Source: Prorocentrum cordatum (lineage: Eukaryota). From it: a stretch of DNA of 53,757 nucleotides. The translations under genes were made by a program, and so were the position numbers. Below, one piece after another: positions 24,301 to 34,900 of this stretch (positions are counted from its first letter, which is position 1; every line of letters begins with the position of its first letter). The notes under the pieces are model-generated. The model ran no database searches. It saw nothing but the letters and a program-made list of their open reading frames with translations, and was not told the origin of the DNA. The DNA lies in NCBI GenBank assembly GCA_963575745.1, contig CAUYUJ010000288.1, positions 62,001 through 115,757 on the forward strand. Direction: 5' to 3'.

Positions 24301-27300
24301 AACAGTCTGGGAAAAACGTGTGGAGCCCGTACCCCTCTCGACCCGAAATCGGGGTCTTCGGGTTGGGCTGGGGTGGACTGGCAGGTAGTCAGCGAGGGAG
24401 CCAGACATGTGGGGAGCACACGGGCGGGGAGGGAATGGGGGGCGGGAGGAAGGGCCCCGGCCGGCCCAGGCCCGAGGGCCTCCGGTGGCCCCTCGTGGGC
24501 TGGGCAGGGAGGGAGGGAGGGAGGGAGGGAAGGAGGGAGGGAGGGGGGAGGGAGGGAGGGAGGGAGGGGGGAGGGAGGAGGAGGAGGAGGAGGAGGAGGA
24601 GGAGGAGGAGGAGGAGGAGGAGGAGGAGGAGGAGAGGAGGAGGAGAGGAGGAGGAGGAGGGAGGAGGAGGAGGAGGAGGGAGGAGGAGGAGGGGGAGGAG
24701 GAGGAGGAGAGGAGGGGGAGGAGAGGAGGAGGAGGAGGAGGAGGAGGAGGAGGAGGAGGAGGAGAAGGAGGAGGGGGAGGAGGGGAGGAGGAGGAGGGGA
24801 GGAGGAGGAGGAGGAGGAGGAGGAGGAGGAGGAGGAGGAGGAGGAGGAGAGGAGGAGGAGGAGGAGGAGGAGGAGGAGGAGGAGGAGGGGGGGGGAGGAG
24901 GAGGGGAGGAGGAGGAGGAGGAGGAGGAGGAGGAGGAGGAGGAGGAGGAGGGAGGAGGAGGAGGAGGAGGAGGAGGAGGAAGAGGAGGAGGAGGAGGAGG
25001 AGGAGACGGAGAGGAGGAGGAGGAGGAGGGGGAGGAGGAGGAGGAGAGAGGAGGAGGAGGAGAGGAGGAGGAGAGGAGGAGGAGGAGGAGGAGGAGGGGA
25101 GGAGGAGGAGGAGGAGGCGGAGGCGGAGGCGGAGGAGGAGGAGGAGGAGGAGGAGGAGGCGGAGGAGGAGGAGGAGGAGGAGGAGGAGGAGGAGGAGGAG
25201 GCGGGCGGAGGCGGAGGCGGAGGCGGAGGCGGAGGAGGAGGAGGAGGAGGAGGAGGAGGAGGAGGAGGAGGAGGAGGAGAGGAGGAGGGAGGAGGAGGAA
25301 GAGGAGAGGAGGAGGAGGAGAGGAGGAGGAGGAGAGGAGGAGGAGGAGGAGGAGGAGGAGGAGGAGGAGGAGGAGGAGGAGGAGGAGGAGGCGGAGGTCT
25401 GGGAGGCGCGGGGAGCGGGCGAGAGGGGAGGGCTCGGGCCCTTGGCTGTCCTGATGCGCCCGTCTTGAGGCGCAGGGCGCGCCGGCCGTGTTCGGAGCGT
25501 TCGTGCTAGCATGCTGCGTGTTGGCTCAACGTGTTTGCCCACGTCTTGGCGATCGTATCGCGTCATTCTATCGGCGAGCGCGTTCCAACGCACGGCCACG
25601 GCCACCGAACCCCAGGGCAGTGGGGCCGCTACGCCCATGCTTTGATTGATAACAACGTCTTCCTTGTCTGCACGCGCGGGACGCTCCCGAGACAGGCTGC
25701 GAAGGGTCCGGCGCGGGGGCCTCGCAAGACGGCGACGGCCAAGTCCGAGACATCTTGCCGCTCTGTGCCGTCCGAGCCCCAGCCCTAACTTACTCGCAAA
25801 CGTTCGAAAAACACCTGTCTGCATTGATGTAAGTTATCGTAGATCCCCCGCGGGGATCCAGGCCATCTGCGAGTAGCTACTTTACGAGTCGTGGAACGCG
25901 CTCGTCGATTCTAGGCCTCCTAGATGGGGTCGGAGTAGATGGGGTCGGAGGATCGCGCCGCATCGCCGAGACATCGCCGATACGGCTCGATGTGCAGCCC
26001 GCTTTGCTTCACGTCAACGTCGCCGATGCATCGCCGAAGCCGACGATGCATCGCCGGTGTATCGCCGATGCGTCGCCGATGCATCGCCGATGTATCGGCG
26101 ATGCGGCGCGATCCTCCGACCCATCTACTCCGACCCCACCTAGGAGATCTCTAGTCATACATGCGTTTTCCGTCTTGCGCGTGGAGCTCCGTGCCAGTAC
26201 GCCACGTGTGGCGTGTTGCGTATCGGGGCGCAGCTAGGCTCAGGTCCTGTGCGAGTCTTCGGGCCGCGGAGCCCCGGTCTTTCAGAACCTCGTCTTGGGC
26301 GAGTTCCAGGCGGGGTCGTGGGTTTCGGTGGAAGGTCTCAGGAGACCCACCGCTTGTAGGACACAGAGGACACAGAGGCAGGGGAAGTTCAAGGAAGACA
26401 CTGGATGGTGGCAAATGGCGCCACCAGGTATTAAGGCCAGAGTTGTGGAGGTACGTTGGCACTTCTCCCTGCGGCCGTCGTCGTTGGCCGAGGGAAAGCG
26501 GGAGGGGGGGGCGGGGGGGAAGGGCGGGCGAGGAGGAGGCGAGGGGGAGGCGAGGGGGACGCAGCGTTCGGGCCGCAGGACGCCGCGGCGCTGGGCCAGT
26601 GCCTGCTGGATGCCCAGGCGGCGGAGGGGCTGCCGGAGGAGGCATCGGAGGGCTTCCACGCGGCCCTCTCGGAGGCCCTGGCGGCGTACTCCGAGCGGCG
26701 CGCGGAGGAGGGCTGGGCGCTGCTGGACCTCATCGAGCTGCAGGCCGCCAACGAGCTGCGCGCGGGCGCGCTGCTGCAGGGGCCTGTGGTGATGGGGTTC
26801 CTCATCGAGCAGGTCGCCCGTGGGTCCCTGAAACCCCTGGCCGAGCTGGGGTCGCGCATGCTCGGCGCGCGGCTGCAGAAGAACGAGAGCTTCATCAGCA
26901 GCGAGCTCGACGCGGTGCCCCTGCTGGGCCTCCTGCACGAGCGGGTGGCGCTGGGCACCTGGAAGCGGTTCTTTGACGGCGTGGCGAGGCTCAAGCCCGA
27001 CATGCAGACCGCGCTGATGGCCACGGACGAGCCGTACAGCGAGCTGGTGAACCGCAACACGGCGTGGCTGGAGCTGCTGCAGGTCTCGAGGGATTCCTTC
27101 GGGGCGCAGCAGGTGCAGGTCGTCCGCGGCATCGAGGTTCTGAGGCCGGAGGGCGCCAGCGGTACACCTGCACCGATCTTGGTCAGGCCGCTCCCGGGGC
27201 CCAGGTTCGGTGTGAACATACACATGTTTTTATATATACACGTACACTGAGATAATGCAATGGGTGGCACTATCATACAATACAAGACGATATGCTACAG

Positions 27301-28770
27301 CACAGCATTACAGAACGTAATGTATTATAGCACACTGCACTGCTATACAACTGACGGTTATATCCTATATCAAAGCATACCAGAGTATGATGTAATGCAG
27401 TATGATATGGCACAACATAACATTATACAACAGTATTGTACGTTGCACTATATTACGTCAGAATACTAAACAATAGTGCACAGCAGCATAACATGCATCA
27501 GCACATCATGCTACAATGCATTATGCAATACCATATTGTGTTACCCTATCAAGCAAGACAACATACCATAGTAGGATAGTATGTAGCGAACTTGGATATA
27601 TGTATATTACACACATATATATAAACAACTATACGTGTGTACGTATGCCGTGCCGTATCATCGCATATGACAAGAACTCATCGTGCAGCAGATGACATAT
27701 CAGGTAATATGGCAAATAAAGGTTTCGACAGTGCGTATGCAAACATCTATACAAACGTATACTATAATGCAACTACTAGTGCACCTTATGGCTATGTTTA
27801 ACATAGCACTGTCGATTAGAACAGTATGTATTGTATACTGCTATGCTTTCAGGTGGTAAAGTATTTTGACATTTGATATTCGGCAATGTACCATTATTCG
27901 AGATAGGATAACAACATACAGGACACTATAAACTAATATTGTGTCATACCATCTCGTATCATATATTACGAGATGCAACGACATTACACTACATCGTATT
28001 ATTATAGACGAGAGTGATACAGACACCTCTCTATATAGATGCATGCTTGCGTGTGTGTATGTATATATATATATATATATATGTTGCTGTATATACATGC
28101 GTACATTGATGTATACATATCAATACGCCTGCCTGGTCCGGCCAAAGCCAGGAAAGCGCATCTGCACCGATCCTGGGCTGAGGACGGACCTGGCCAGGAC
28201 CGATTGAGGTGTGTACGCTGGGCGCCCTCCTACGAGGGGCCTCCCGGACTCGACGCTGCTCGACTGGGCCGCGGCCTTCACCCCGCAGGAGCGGCTCCAG
28301 GGCGACGTCATCGTGCGCCAGGCGGTCTCGGTCAAGAGCTTCTTCGCCATCCGCTCCGGCACCTGCACGGTGCTGAGGGACGGGGCCGAGGTCGCCACGC
28401 TCGGCCCGGGCGACCACTACGGGGGCATCGCGCTGCTCCTGGGCGTTCCGAGCTCCACCTCGCTGGTGGCCTCCACCGACGCCGGCCTTCCTCACCCACC
28501 AAGCCACCCCAACCCGACCCGAGGGCCCCAGTGCGCCCTCCGTTCCCCGTGGGGGGTCGTCGGGGAACAGTAAAAAACATACAATTTGGGTCTTCGGGTC
28601 AGGTAGCGGTGGTCCGGTGGGGAGTCAGGCCTCCTCGAGATGCCGCGCGAGGTGTTCCTGCGCCTGGTGGAGAGGCAGGGGCCCGAGCTGCGGGCCGCGC
28701 TCTCCGCGCCGGCAGACCGCTTCCACCTCGGGCTGGACGGCGTGGCCAGCGAGCAGGAGCGAGAGAGACA

Positions 28771-28839
<69 letters not shown>

Positions 28840-31800
28840 GGTCGTCGTCGTCGTCGTCGCCGTCCCGGCAGGGAAGGCCAGAGGGGCTTCCTCGGTGGAG
28901 CGCGGGCGGGGCAGCAGGAGGATGCGGCGGCAGGAGGAGGAGGAGGGGGAGGTGGAGGAGGAGGAGGAGGACAACAGGAGGAGGAGGAGGAGGAGGAGGA
29001 GGGAGAACAGGAGGAGAAGGAGGAGGAATCGGAATCGTAATCGAAGGCATAATCGGAGTCGGAGTCGGAACAGCCGCGCGAAGTATATCAACAAGTGAAC
29101 GCCATCCCCTGCCGCCTCAACCATCGATGCACACGACGATGCCCGAGAATAGGAGCTGCAATGCACAGGGCGATGGAGTCCAGCAACACGTGCACGACTA
29201 ACACGACGAAGAAACCCAAGGAACAAGTGTTTGATACTTCGAATCGAATGAATTCCTCCCCACATGAACGCGGCCTCCACGCAGGCAACTAATTCACACC
29301 GCTTCGACAACAACAAGTATCTTCTATCCCGCACCAGCCACAAAAGTGCGGTACGACCACACGATACGAGCAACTCCCAATCCACCACGCAGAGCGAAGC
29401 GCACGAACAACACCGCGAGTCGAGACGACACAGTTCCGAACCACAACCACACAGCTGCGCCGGCATGCAACCCATGCACCTGAAGTGACGAAGTAGACTG
29501 GGCACCACCCTGGTACTATGCACGGTGATTTCGGACATGCGAAAACCAATTGGCCAAACAATTTTGAATGTTAGGGTACGCTGCGACTGCCCGCTCTCAC
29601 CAGGCGAGATTATCCTAGCAGTGCAGCAGCAGTAGCAGCAGCACAACAACAACACAAGAAACCAATCGAATCGTATGCCATGCCGTCCTTGGCGGTGAAC
29701 CACTTGGGCGAGCCCCTGGCCGTCCGACCACCAAAGAGGGCTGTATACCCACCAACAAATCCCATTATGTGAACAGGCTCAGGCCAGCATGGTACACTGC
29801 ACAAGACATGCGTTCAAACGTAAGCCTTTCACCTCCTCGCGGTGAGCCACGAGGGCGAATCTCTAGCTCTCCGCCCGCAAGGGGGGGGCGACGTACAAAC
29901 TGGCAGGTCCTAGTTTGTGCACTTACTACGAGCAACCCATTCTGAACTCACACCACCATATACTGACGCGCCGTGCCGGTATCCTCCAAGCTGTCCTGCC
30001 TCTGGCCAAGGCCCAGTCACCTACCAATCCTGGATGTCCAATCGCAGGAGGCATCACCTATGTCACCTCGCTTAGATTCAGCCACCACGATCGACAGTGC
30101 ACGGGCATTGCAGGCGAGTTGGCACTCGAGGACTCTCCTCTGATCCGTCCCTCTCCAGTCCCCCCCCCTCCGTTTACTTGTTCTCCTCCTCCTCCTGCTT
30201 TTCCTCCTCCTCCCCCTCCTCCTCCTGGTTCTTCTCCTCCTCCTCCTCCTCCTGGTTCTTCTCCTCCTCCCCCTCCTCCTCCTGGTTCTCCTCCTCCTCC
30301 TCCTCCTCCTCCTTCCAGGCTTCGTTCACTCCTCCTCCTCCTCCTCCTCCTCCTCCTCCACCTACCCTTCTCCTCCTCCTCCTCCTCCTCCTCCTCCTCC
30401 TCCTCCTCCTCCTCCTCCTCCTCCTCGTGCCCAGCGTGAAGGCATCGAGGTGCGACTCGGGGCCAAGGGATACGCTGGAGTGCATGCGGGAGCCTGGGCC
30501 ACATGTGCTCGAGCCCCGCCGCAGGAGCGGGGAGCCCCCCGCCGAGGGCGGCGCCGCGCAGGAGGAGAAGGAGGAGGAAAGGAGGAGAGGAGGAGAGGAG
30601 GAGAGNNNNNNNNNNNNNNNNNNNNNNNNNNNNNNNNNNNNNNNNNNNNNNNNNNNNNNNNNNNNNNNNNNNNNNNNNNNNNNNNNNNNNNNNNNNNNNN
30701 NNNNNGTGGAAAAGGAGGAGGAGGAGAGGGAGGAGGAGAAGGAGGAGAAGGAGGGTGAGGTGGAGGAGAAGGAGGAGGAGGAGGAGGAGGAGGTCGAAGA
30801 GGAGGAGGAGGAGGAGGAGGAGGAGGAGGAGGAGGAGGAGGAGGGTCCCATTCGAGGGCGCCCTGGCGCGCGCGCACGTGCTTCCGAAGGGCTCCTCCCC
30901 CTCCGTGCGCAGGAAACTGCGAGGAGCAGGGTGCGCTCCCTGCTGTCGGGCCGGCCCGAGCTCGCCGCCTGGGCGGAGGAGCACCTCGACGCGGCCGTCT
31001 GCGAGATCCACGCGGAGGGTGAGGTCTAAAAAAAAAGCGAAAGGCACAAGCTGTGAGTCGGGCCTGTCCCCCTACAGGGGGATATTTCGGCGAAAAATCA
31101 AAAAAATACCCCCAAAAATGGCCAAACAAGAATCCAAAAATAGTCTGGGGACTATTCTTTGAGTATTTTTTGGCCTTCTTGGGGTATTTCTGTTTTTTAT
31201 TTTTCGTCGAAAATCCCCCTGTAGGGGGACACGCCCGACATAACACAAGCTTACATTTTCGGAGGACCGCGCGGATTTCTTGGATCGCCGCCGGGGAGGG
31301 GGCTTCAGCGCCGATGCAGGGCGTCTGCGCGGAGCTCCGAGAGTTTTCGTCCGTGCAGTTGTTCTCTTACGGTGGGGGCGTTCGTCAAGGCATGTGCCCA
31401 GGATGCTTCAGGCCCCTGGAGGGTTCCTCACCTGATGATGGCGGCGGCGGCGGCATCCATGGCCAATCCACGATTGGAGTTCGACTGGCCTCCAGACCCT
31501 GGATTCCTTATCCAGGGGCTCCCTATCCAATGCCCTCACAGTATTCGAGGTCGTCACGCTGGACGAGCGAGAGAGCCTTCGACTCTTGGAGTGCGGGTCC
31601 GCCTCCGTGGTGCTCCGAGGCGCCGAGGTGCGCCGCCTGAGTCCTGGGGACTTCTTCGGGCCAGGCCTGCAGCCCGGGGAGCAGGTGGAGCGCTTCAGAA
31701 AGGGACTCGCCTGCGAGGCATCGAGGGGGTCCATCTCCTCCTCGGCGGGCGTCGGCGGAAGGGCGACGCAGGCCGGCGGAAGTCAGACGAGGCCCGCTCC

Positions 31801-31969
31801 GCTGGCGGGAGGAGAGAGTTGCCTCGCAAAAGATGCCCACCTTAGGGTTTCCCGCACCCGCCAGGTGGTGGCAAGAAGCGATCAGACCTTGGTGTGCAGA
31901 TTCCACAGCAGCGCGTCCGGCGCGATACTTGCGGGCATCGCCTCGGCGGCCGAGGTGGCCGCGCGCTGA
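18181..31969 (+). CDS. Multi-exon gene: KMO-like FAD-dependent monooxygenase fused to two C-terminal cyclic-nucleotide-binding-like domains (5' end incomplete)
   Basis: Hand-spliced exons 18181-18379, 19374-19445, 21417-21490, 21996-22116, 22885-22998, 23179-23646, 26579-27144, 28237-28484, 28629-28756, 30913-31018, 31542-31684 and 31865-31969 join in phase (2344 nt, ~780 aa) to a TGA at 31967-31969. Motifs occur in the expected order: GAGPGG, DLLVGASG..STVR, GDAAH..GQG..ALQD, PYSE, then two CNB beta-roll motifs. All acceptors are AG; donors are GT, GC or GA. Confidence 0.85.
18395..18570. mobile_element. 176-bp MITE, Tc1/mariner-like, intronic
   Basis: TA|CAGTCGGGGC...GCCCCGACTG|TA. Confidence 0.85.
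19374..19445 (+). CDS. Monooxygenase exon EQGFVASGFCLHLNGFALELPPPE
   Basis: Phase-0 AG acceptor, GC donor at 19446; bridges the neighbouring exons in frame. Confidence 0.65.
20150..20780. repeat. Degenerate GAGCTGTAGT-type repeat, intronic
   Basis: Recurrent GAGCTGT/GAGCTGC units. Confidence 0.6.
21417..21490 (+). CDS. Monooxygenase exon GEPVVLVDRWKICEAISEHISDGA
   Basis: cccag|G acceptor; the VDR..(L/I) segment matches the conserved Arg of flavoprotein aromatic hydroxylases; GA donor at 21491. Confidence 0.75.
21787..21947. mobile_element. Copy of the 5-bp-TSD introner-like element
   Basis: TCAGGAGGG...GGCCCCTTCG; perfect TSD CAAGA (21782-21786, 21948-21952). Confidence 0.85.
21996..22116 (+). 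CDS. Monooxygenase exon ..TTIAVESGVRVSSVDLVQRRL..
   Basis: Strand-like segment preceding the DG motif. Boundaries are approximate: CAGGAGG at both intron ends allows a GA donor at 22117 or a GT donor at 22120. Confidence 0.6.
22678..22865. mobile_element. Probable MITE (TIR ACATACTAATACT), intronic
   Basis: 13-bp perfect inverted termini; single copy in the window, TSD unclear. Confidence 0.55.
22885..22998 (+). CDS. Monooxygenase exon with DG-type motif (WDLLVGASGVRST)
   Basis: Matches DLL(I/V)GADGxxSxVR once spliced to VRQAM at 23179; GT donor at 22999. Confidence 0.85.
23003..23177. mobile_element. Introner-like element with 5-bp TSD, forming an entire intron
   Basis: TCAGGAGGG...GGCCCCTTCA flanked by GGTCC (22998-23002 and 23178-23182); homologous to 17994-18157 and 21787-21947. 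Confidence 0.85.
23179..23646 (+). CDS. Monooxygenase exon with GD motif
   Basis: ..CRPLHDADAGVCVLGDAAHAVGGGSLGQGCSAALQ; cttcag|G acceptor, GA donor at 23647. Confidence 0.92.
25917..26146. mobile_element. Foldback MITE-like element with ~55-bp inverted arms and internal CATCGCCGATG repeats
   Basis: CTCCTAGATGGGGTCGGAGTAGATGGGGTCGGAGGATCGCGCCGCATCGCCGA is mirrored by TCGGCGATGCGGCGCGATCCTCCGACCCATCTACTCCGACCCCACCTAGGAG. Confidence 0.7.
26579..27144 (+). CDS. Monooxygenase C-terminal exon
   Basis: DAAALGQCL..ALAAYSERRAEEG..DEPYSEL continues the GD motif (ALQ|DAAAL). GCAGGAC occurs at both intron ends; GC donor at 27145. Confidence 0.88.
28237..28484 (+). CDS. Exon: first cyclic-nucleotide-binding-like domain
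   Basis: GLPDSTLLDWAAAF..QGDVIVRQ..FFAIRSGTCTV..EVATLGPGDHYGGIALLLGVPSSTSLVASTD fits the CNB (CAP/PKA-R type) pattern. Confidence 0.88.
28629..28756 (+). CDS. Exon: end of CNB domain 1 (LLEMPREVFLRLV) and linker
   Basis: Phase-1 junction CCG|GC..cag|GCC; typical beta8/hinge 'll.l.r..F..l'. Confidence 0.8.
28771..28864. repeat. (GTC)n microsatellite, intronic
   Basis: Direct inspection. Confidence 0.95.
30606..30705. other. Assembly gap (100 N) within a GGA tract
   Basis: Run of N. Confidence 1.
30913..31018 (+). CDS. Exon: N-terminal helices of CNB domain 2
   Basis: ETARSRVRSLLSGRPELAAWAEEHLDAAVCEIHAE; gcgcag|G acceptor, GT donor at 31019; 3' junction uncertain. Confidence 0.6.
31053..31243. 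mobile_element. hAT-like MITE copy 3, intronic
   Basis: Same TIRs; perfect 8-bp TSD CACAAGCT (31045-31052, 31244-31251). Confidence 0.85.
31542..31684 (+). CDS. Exon: core of CNB domain 2
   Basis: EVVTLDERESLRLLECGSASVVLRGAEVRRLSPGDFFG parallels domain 1 (IRSGTCTVLRDGAEVATLGPGDHYG). Confidence 0.78.
31865..31969 (+). CDS. Last exon VVARSDQTLVCRF..AAR*
   Basis: CAGGTGG at both ends of a 180-nt GT-AG intron (31685-31864); matches CNB beta7-beta8; ends in TGA. Confidence 0.65.
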   Translation: MVARSDQTLVCRFHSSASGAILAGIASAAEVAAR

Positions 31970-34900
31970 CAAGGGAGCCACTTCACGGCTGCTGTGTGTT
32001 CATAGCTTTTTTCACGAGCTCTTTCCGCAGGCACGCACATCAATCATGGGAAGCAGGGCTCATGGAATTGAGGGCGGGACGGCGAGAAGTGAATTGATCC
32101 AAACAGGGGTATGAATAACGGGCAGTCTATGGAGTTCTTACTGCCTGTGACCTCGACCATAGGATTCGCGAGCTCCCCCTGGATATTTCTGGCCCTGCCA
32201 CGATCGTGAAGCTATTCCCCTTAACCATTGCAGCTGTTCCAATCAGCTCTATCTCTCTCTCTCTCTCTCTCATCTGATCGGACTGGCAATGGGTCGAAGG
32301 CTGACATATGACGTAACAGTTCATGCCTGTTCAATGATTCTGGGCCTCTTGGGCCAGCCCCCTGGGCCTCCACGAGGGCCCAAGTGGCGCCCGAAGAGGC
32401 TCCAGGACGGTCCCTGGGACTATCTTATGCCGTGTTCGAGCTGTGGAACATAACCATGCTCCTGAGGCCGCTGAAAAGCCACGCGGGGATCCCCACGATA
32501 AGCGTGACAGTGATTGATAGTTCATGACGCTTCGCGTATCCCCAGTTAATCGGTTCAGTGAGGTCTCGCTGCGCTGCTGTCCTCTACGGTGCAAGGACTT
32601 CGGCATGTGTGGCTCTGTGCGCCCGTCGGCTGCTTTCTCCTACAAGGACTTCGCTTTCGACATGTGCCACTGCTGTACAAACAAGAGGTACTGCCGTTCG
32701 CAGTCCTGTTTGTGACGAGGTTGCCCCTCTTCACTCTTGCGCTGACACGATGCAGTTGTGTCGCCTACGGCACGGACGTCGTCCGGGTGTGCCTGTCGGT
32801 CCTGCTTGTATCTGACGGGCCTTGTGCCGATTCACACCGAGTGGTTGACCTCTGCGTGTTCATGGTCGCGCCGCCGTGCTATCCTGGCTGCGCCTACTTG
32901 ATGGTTGCCACCGGGATCTCCACGCCACTGGGTTGGGAGTTTCGTTTCTGGCTATTCTTCTGAGTGGGTGCCCGCGCGTTCGCTTCGCTTGCCTCTCTTC
33001 TCTTGCTGCCTAGTCGCGGCCCGGCTAGTGTTCGGCTGGCTTTCGACATGCTTCGCGAGCCCGCTGCTTAAGAAGTATCCCCACCCAACCCATCCAGCAA
33101 CGGTCCCCGGGCACGCGGCCCTGATCAAGGAAGTGCGGGAGCACGCAGCGGAATGAAGAGGGCGCAGCCGCCAAACCATATGCAGGGATTTGCCTGGGCA
33201 GGCCCATGACTGCCTCCGTGGATCTCTCGATCTGGGGGCCACTTGGCAGCCTCCTTGGGCCATCCTGGGGCCATGTTGGCAGCTTTTGTGGCCCTGCCGG
33301 GGCCCTCTTGGGGCCGTCTTGGGGCGCTCTTAGGTCGTGGGGCCATCCTGTGGGACGTCGATCAAAGAAGGGTGGGTTTTTAATTCCGCTTGCCGTTTTC
33401 AGGCGATCGCAAACATGGATCAAGGGGGCGTGGATTAGCGACGGGTCCCGTTTCCATGGGACATCGCGGATTTCCGCCGCCGAACGAGGCGGCACTGGCC
33501 GCATTTTGGGGATGTTTGCGCGCCCCTGACCTTCTTGAGCCTCTTAGGGCCCTCTTGGATCCGTCTTGGGGCGCTCTTGAGCGCTCTTGGGGCCGTCTTG
33601 GGTCCTTCGTTTGCCCGTCATGGGGCTCCCGGAAAAGAGCCAAGATGATACCAGCGGAACCTGTTATGAGAGTCATGAATGCCCAGGCAAAGTTTGGCCA
33701 CATGTTTTCAATATTTTCCATAGCCTCCTGGGCACGACAGAGGGGGGAAACTGCATATATACTCGAACTTTTGGTTTCTCGATAATGTTGGGCCTCACAG
33801 CGGCGTTTGTACTCTTCGGGACCGTCTCGGAGCGGAATGGACGGACAGCAAACGAAAAGTTTCAAGAGTTGATTCGTCAAGGCTTTTGTGAGCCCAATAT
33901 TCGAACCTTCCGTTGAGCCTAATCGACTGCGGCTCTCGTTGCCAGTGCCTTCACTGAGCCAGGCCGCATCAGGTGCTCCAGCGAGGTCGCAGCGCTGCGC
34001 ACACGTTGCCAGCACAGCAAGCGAGGTGAGCGGTGTATGAAATTCGACAGGTGCGGCATGTCTACATTTTCGTGTTTTGCGTGTCTCCCATCAGTGCCCC
34101 TTGTGATTTACTTTCTTTGTGAATGCTACTGCATCACCGCAGTCACCTGCACGTGCCATGTGGCAGAGCATGGCCAGGACTCGAGCGCATCGCGTGCAGG
34201 CTTGTCGCTTGTGCACAATGTAGACTGCGATTCCAGTACAGGATTGGGCAATTCTTGGCGCTTCGCGTATTCCTTTGCCAGGGCTAGGATCAGGCTAATT
34301 CGTTCCAGAATGTTCCGGAAGGCTTTCGGAGCAGTACAGAGCGTTCTGGCCTGGCCGCAACGCCCGATACATTCTACAGAACCGTCGAGCTTCGGAGGTC
34401 CCGGCCTCATCCAGGTCTGATGTTGTCCTGTTTCTGGCTTCCTTCTCGAGTCCCGCCAGCAAGCGATCCCGAGGGAGAACAAGCGAAGCCAGCTGGGGCG
34501 GGCACTAGTCAAATCGAAGATGGAGGAGGAGTAGGAGGAGGAGGAGGAAGAGGAGAAGGAGGAGGAGGAGGAGGAGGAGGAGGAGCGGGCACTAGTCAAA
34601 CCGAAGATGGGGTCAGCCCCAGCATCCTCCGCAGTGGCCACCTCGGGGACCTCTCGGCGGAGCATCTCGGAGGCCTCCTGGAGCCACCGTGGCGCTCCCT
34701 TGCGGCAACGTTTTGTGCGCCTCTGTGGCTCCTGGGGCTCTCGTTTGGACCCTTCGGGGGGGCCTTCGGGATTCTCTTGGGGCCATGCTGGAGCCCATCG
34801 ACCCTGAACAAGTGTGCACCGAAACGAGGTTCCGCACCGCTGGGATGAGAAGTGAGCTCGTGGGTGTCTTTCGAGAGGCGCTCTTGGGGTGCTCCAGGAG

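Noticed and set aside
25515..25530. Partial spliced-leader-like TTGGCTCAA (also CTTTGGCTCAG near 46007)
   Set aside because: The match is too short to distinguish from chance.
27220..28120. AT-rich island suggesting foreign or organellar DNA (also 20960-21330)
   Set aside because: It is low-complexity TA/CA-rich intronic sequence with no coding or RNA-gene signature.
30435..30560. Possible extra exon (REGIEVRLGAKG..) before the assembly gap
   Set aside because: It is not needed for phase or domain continuity and has no motif support, although the adjacent gap means hidden exons cannot be excluded.
33650..34420. Protein-like minus-strand ORF fragments
   Set aside because: No family motif, interrupted by stops, and no convincing splice pattern.
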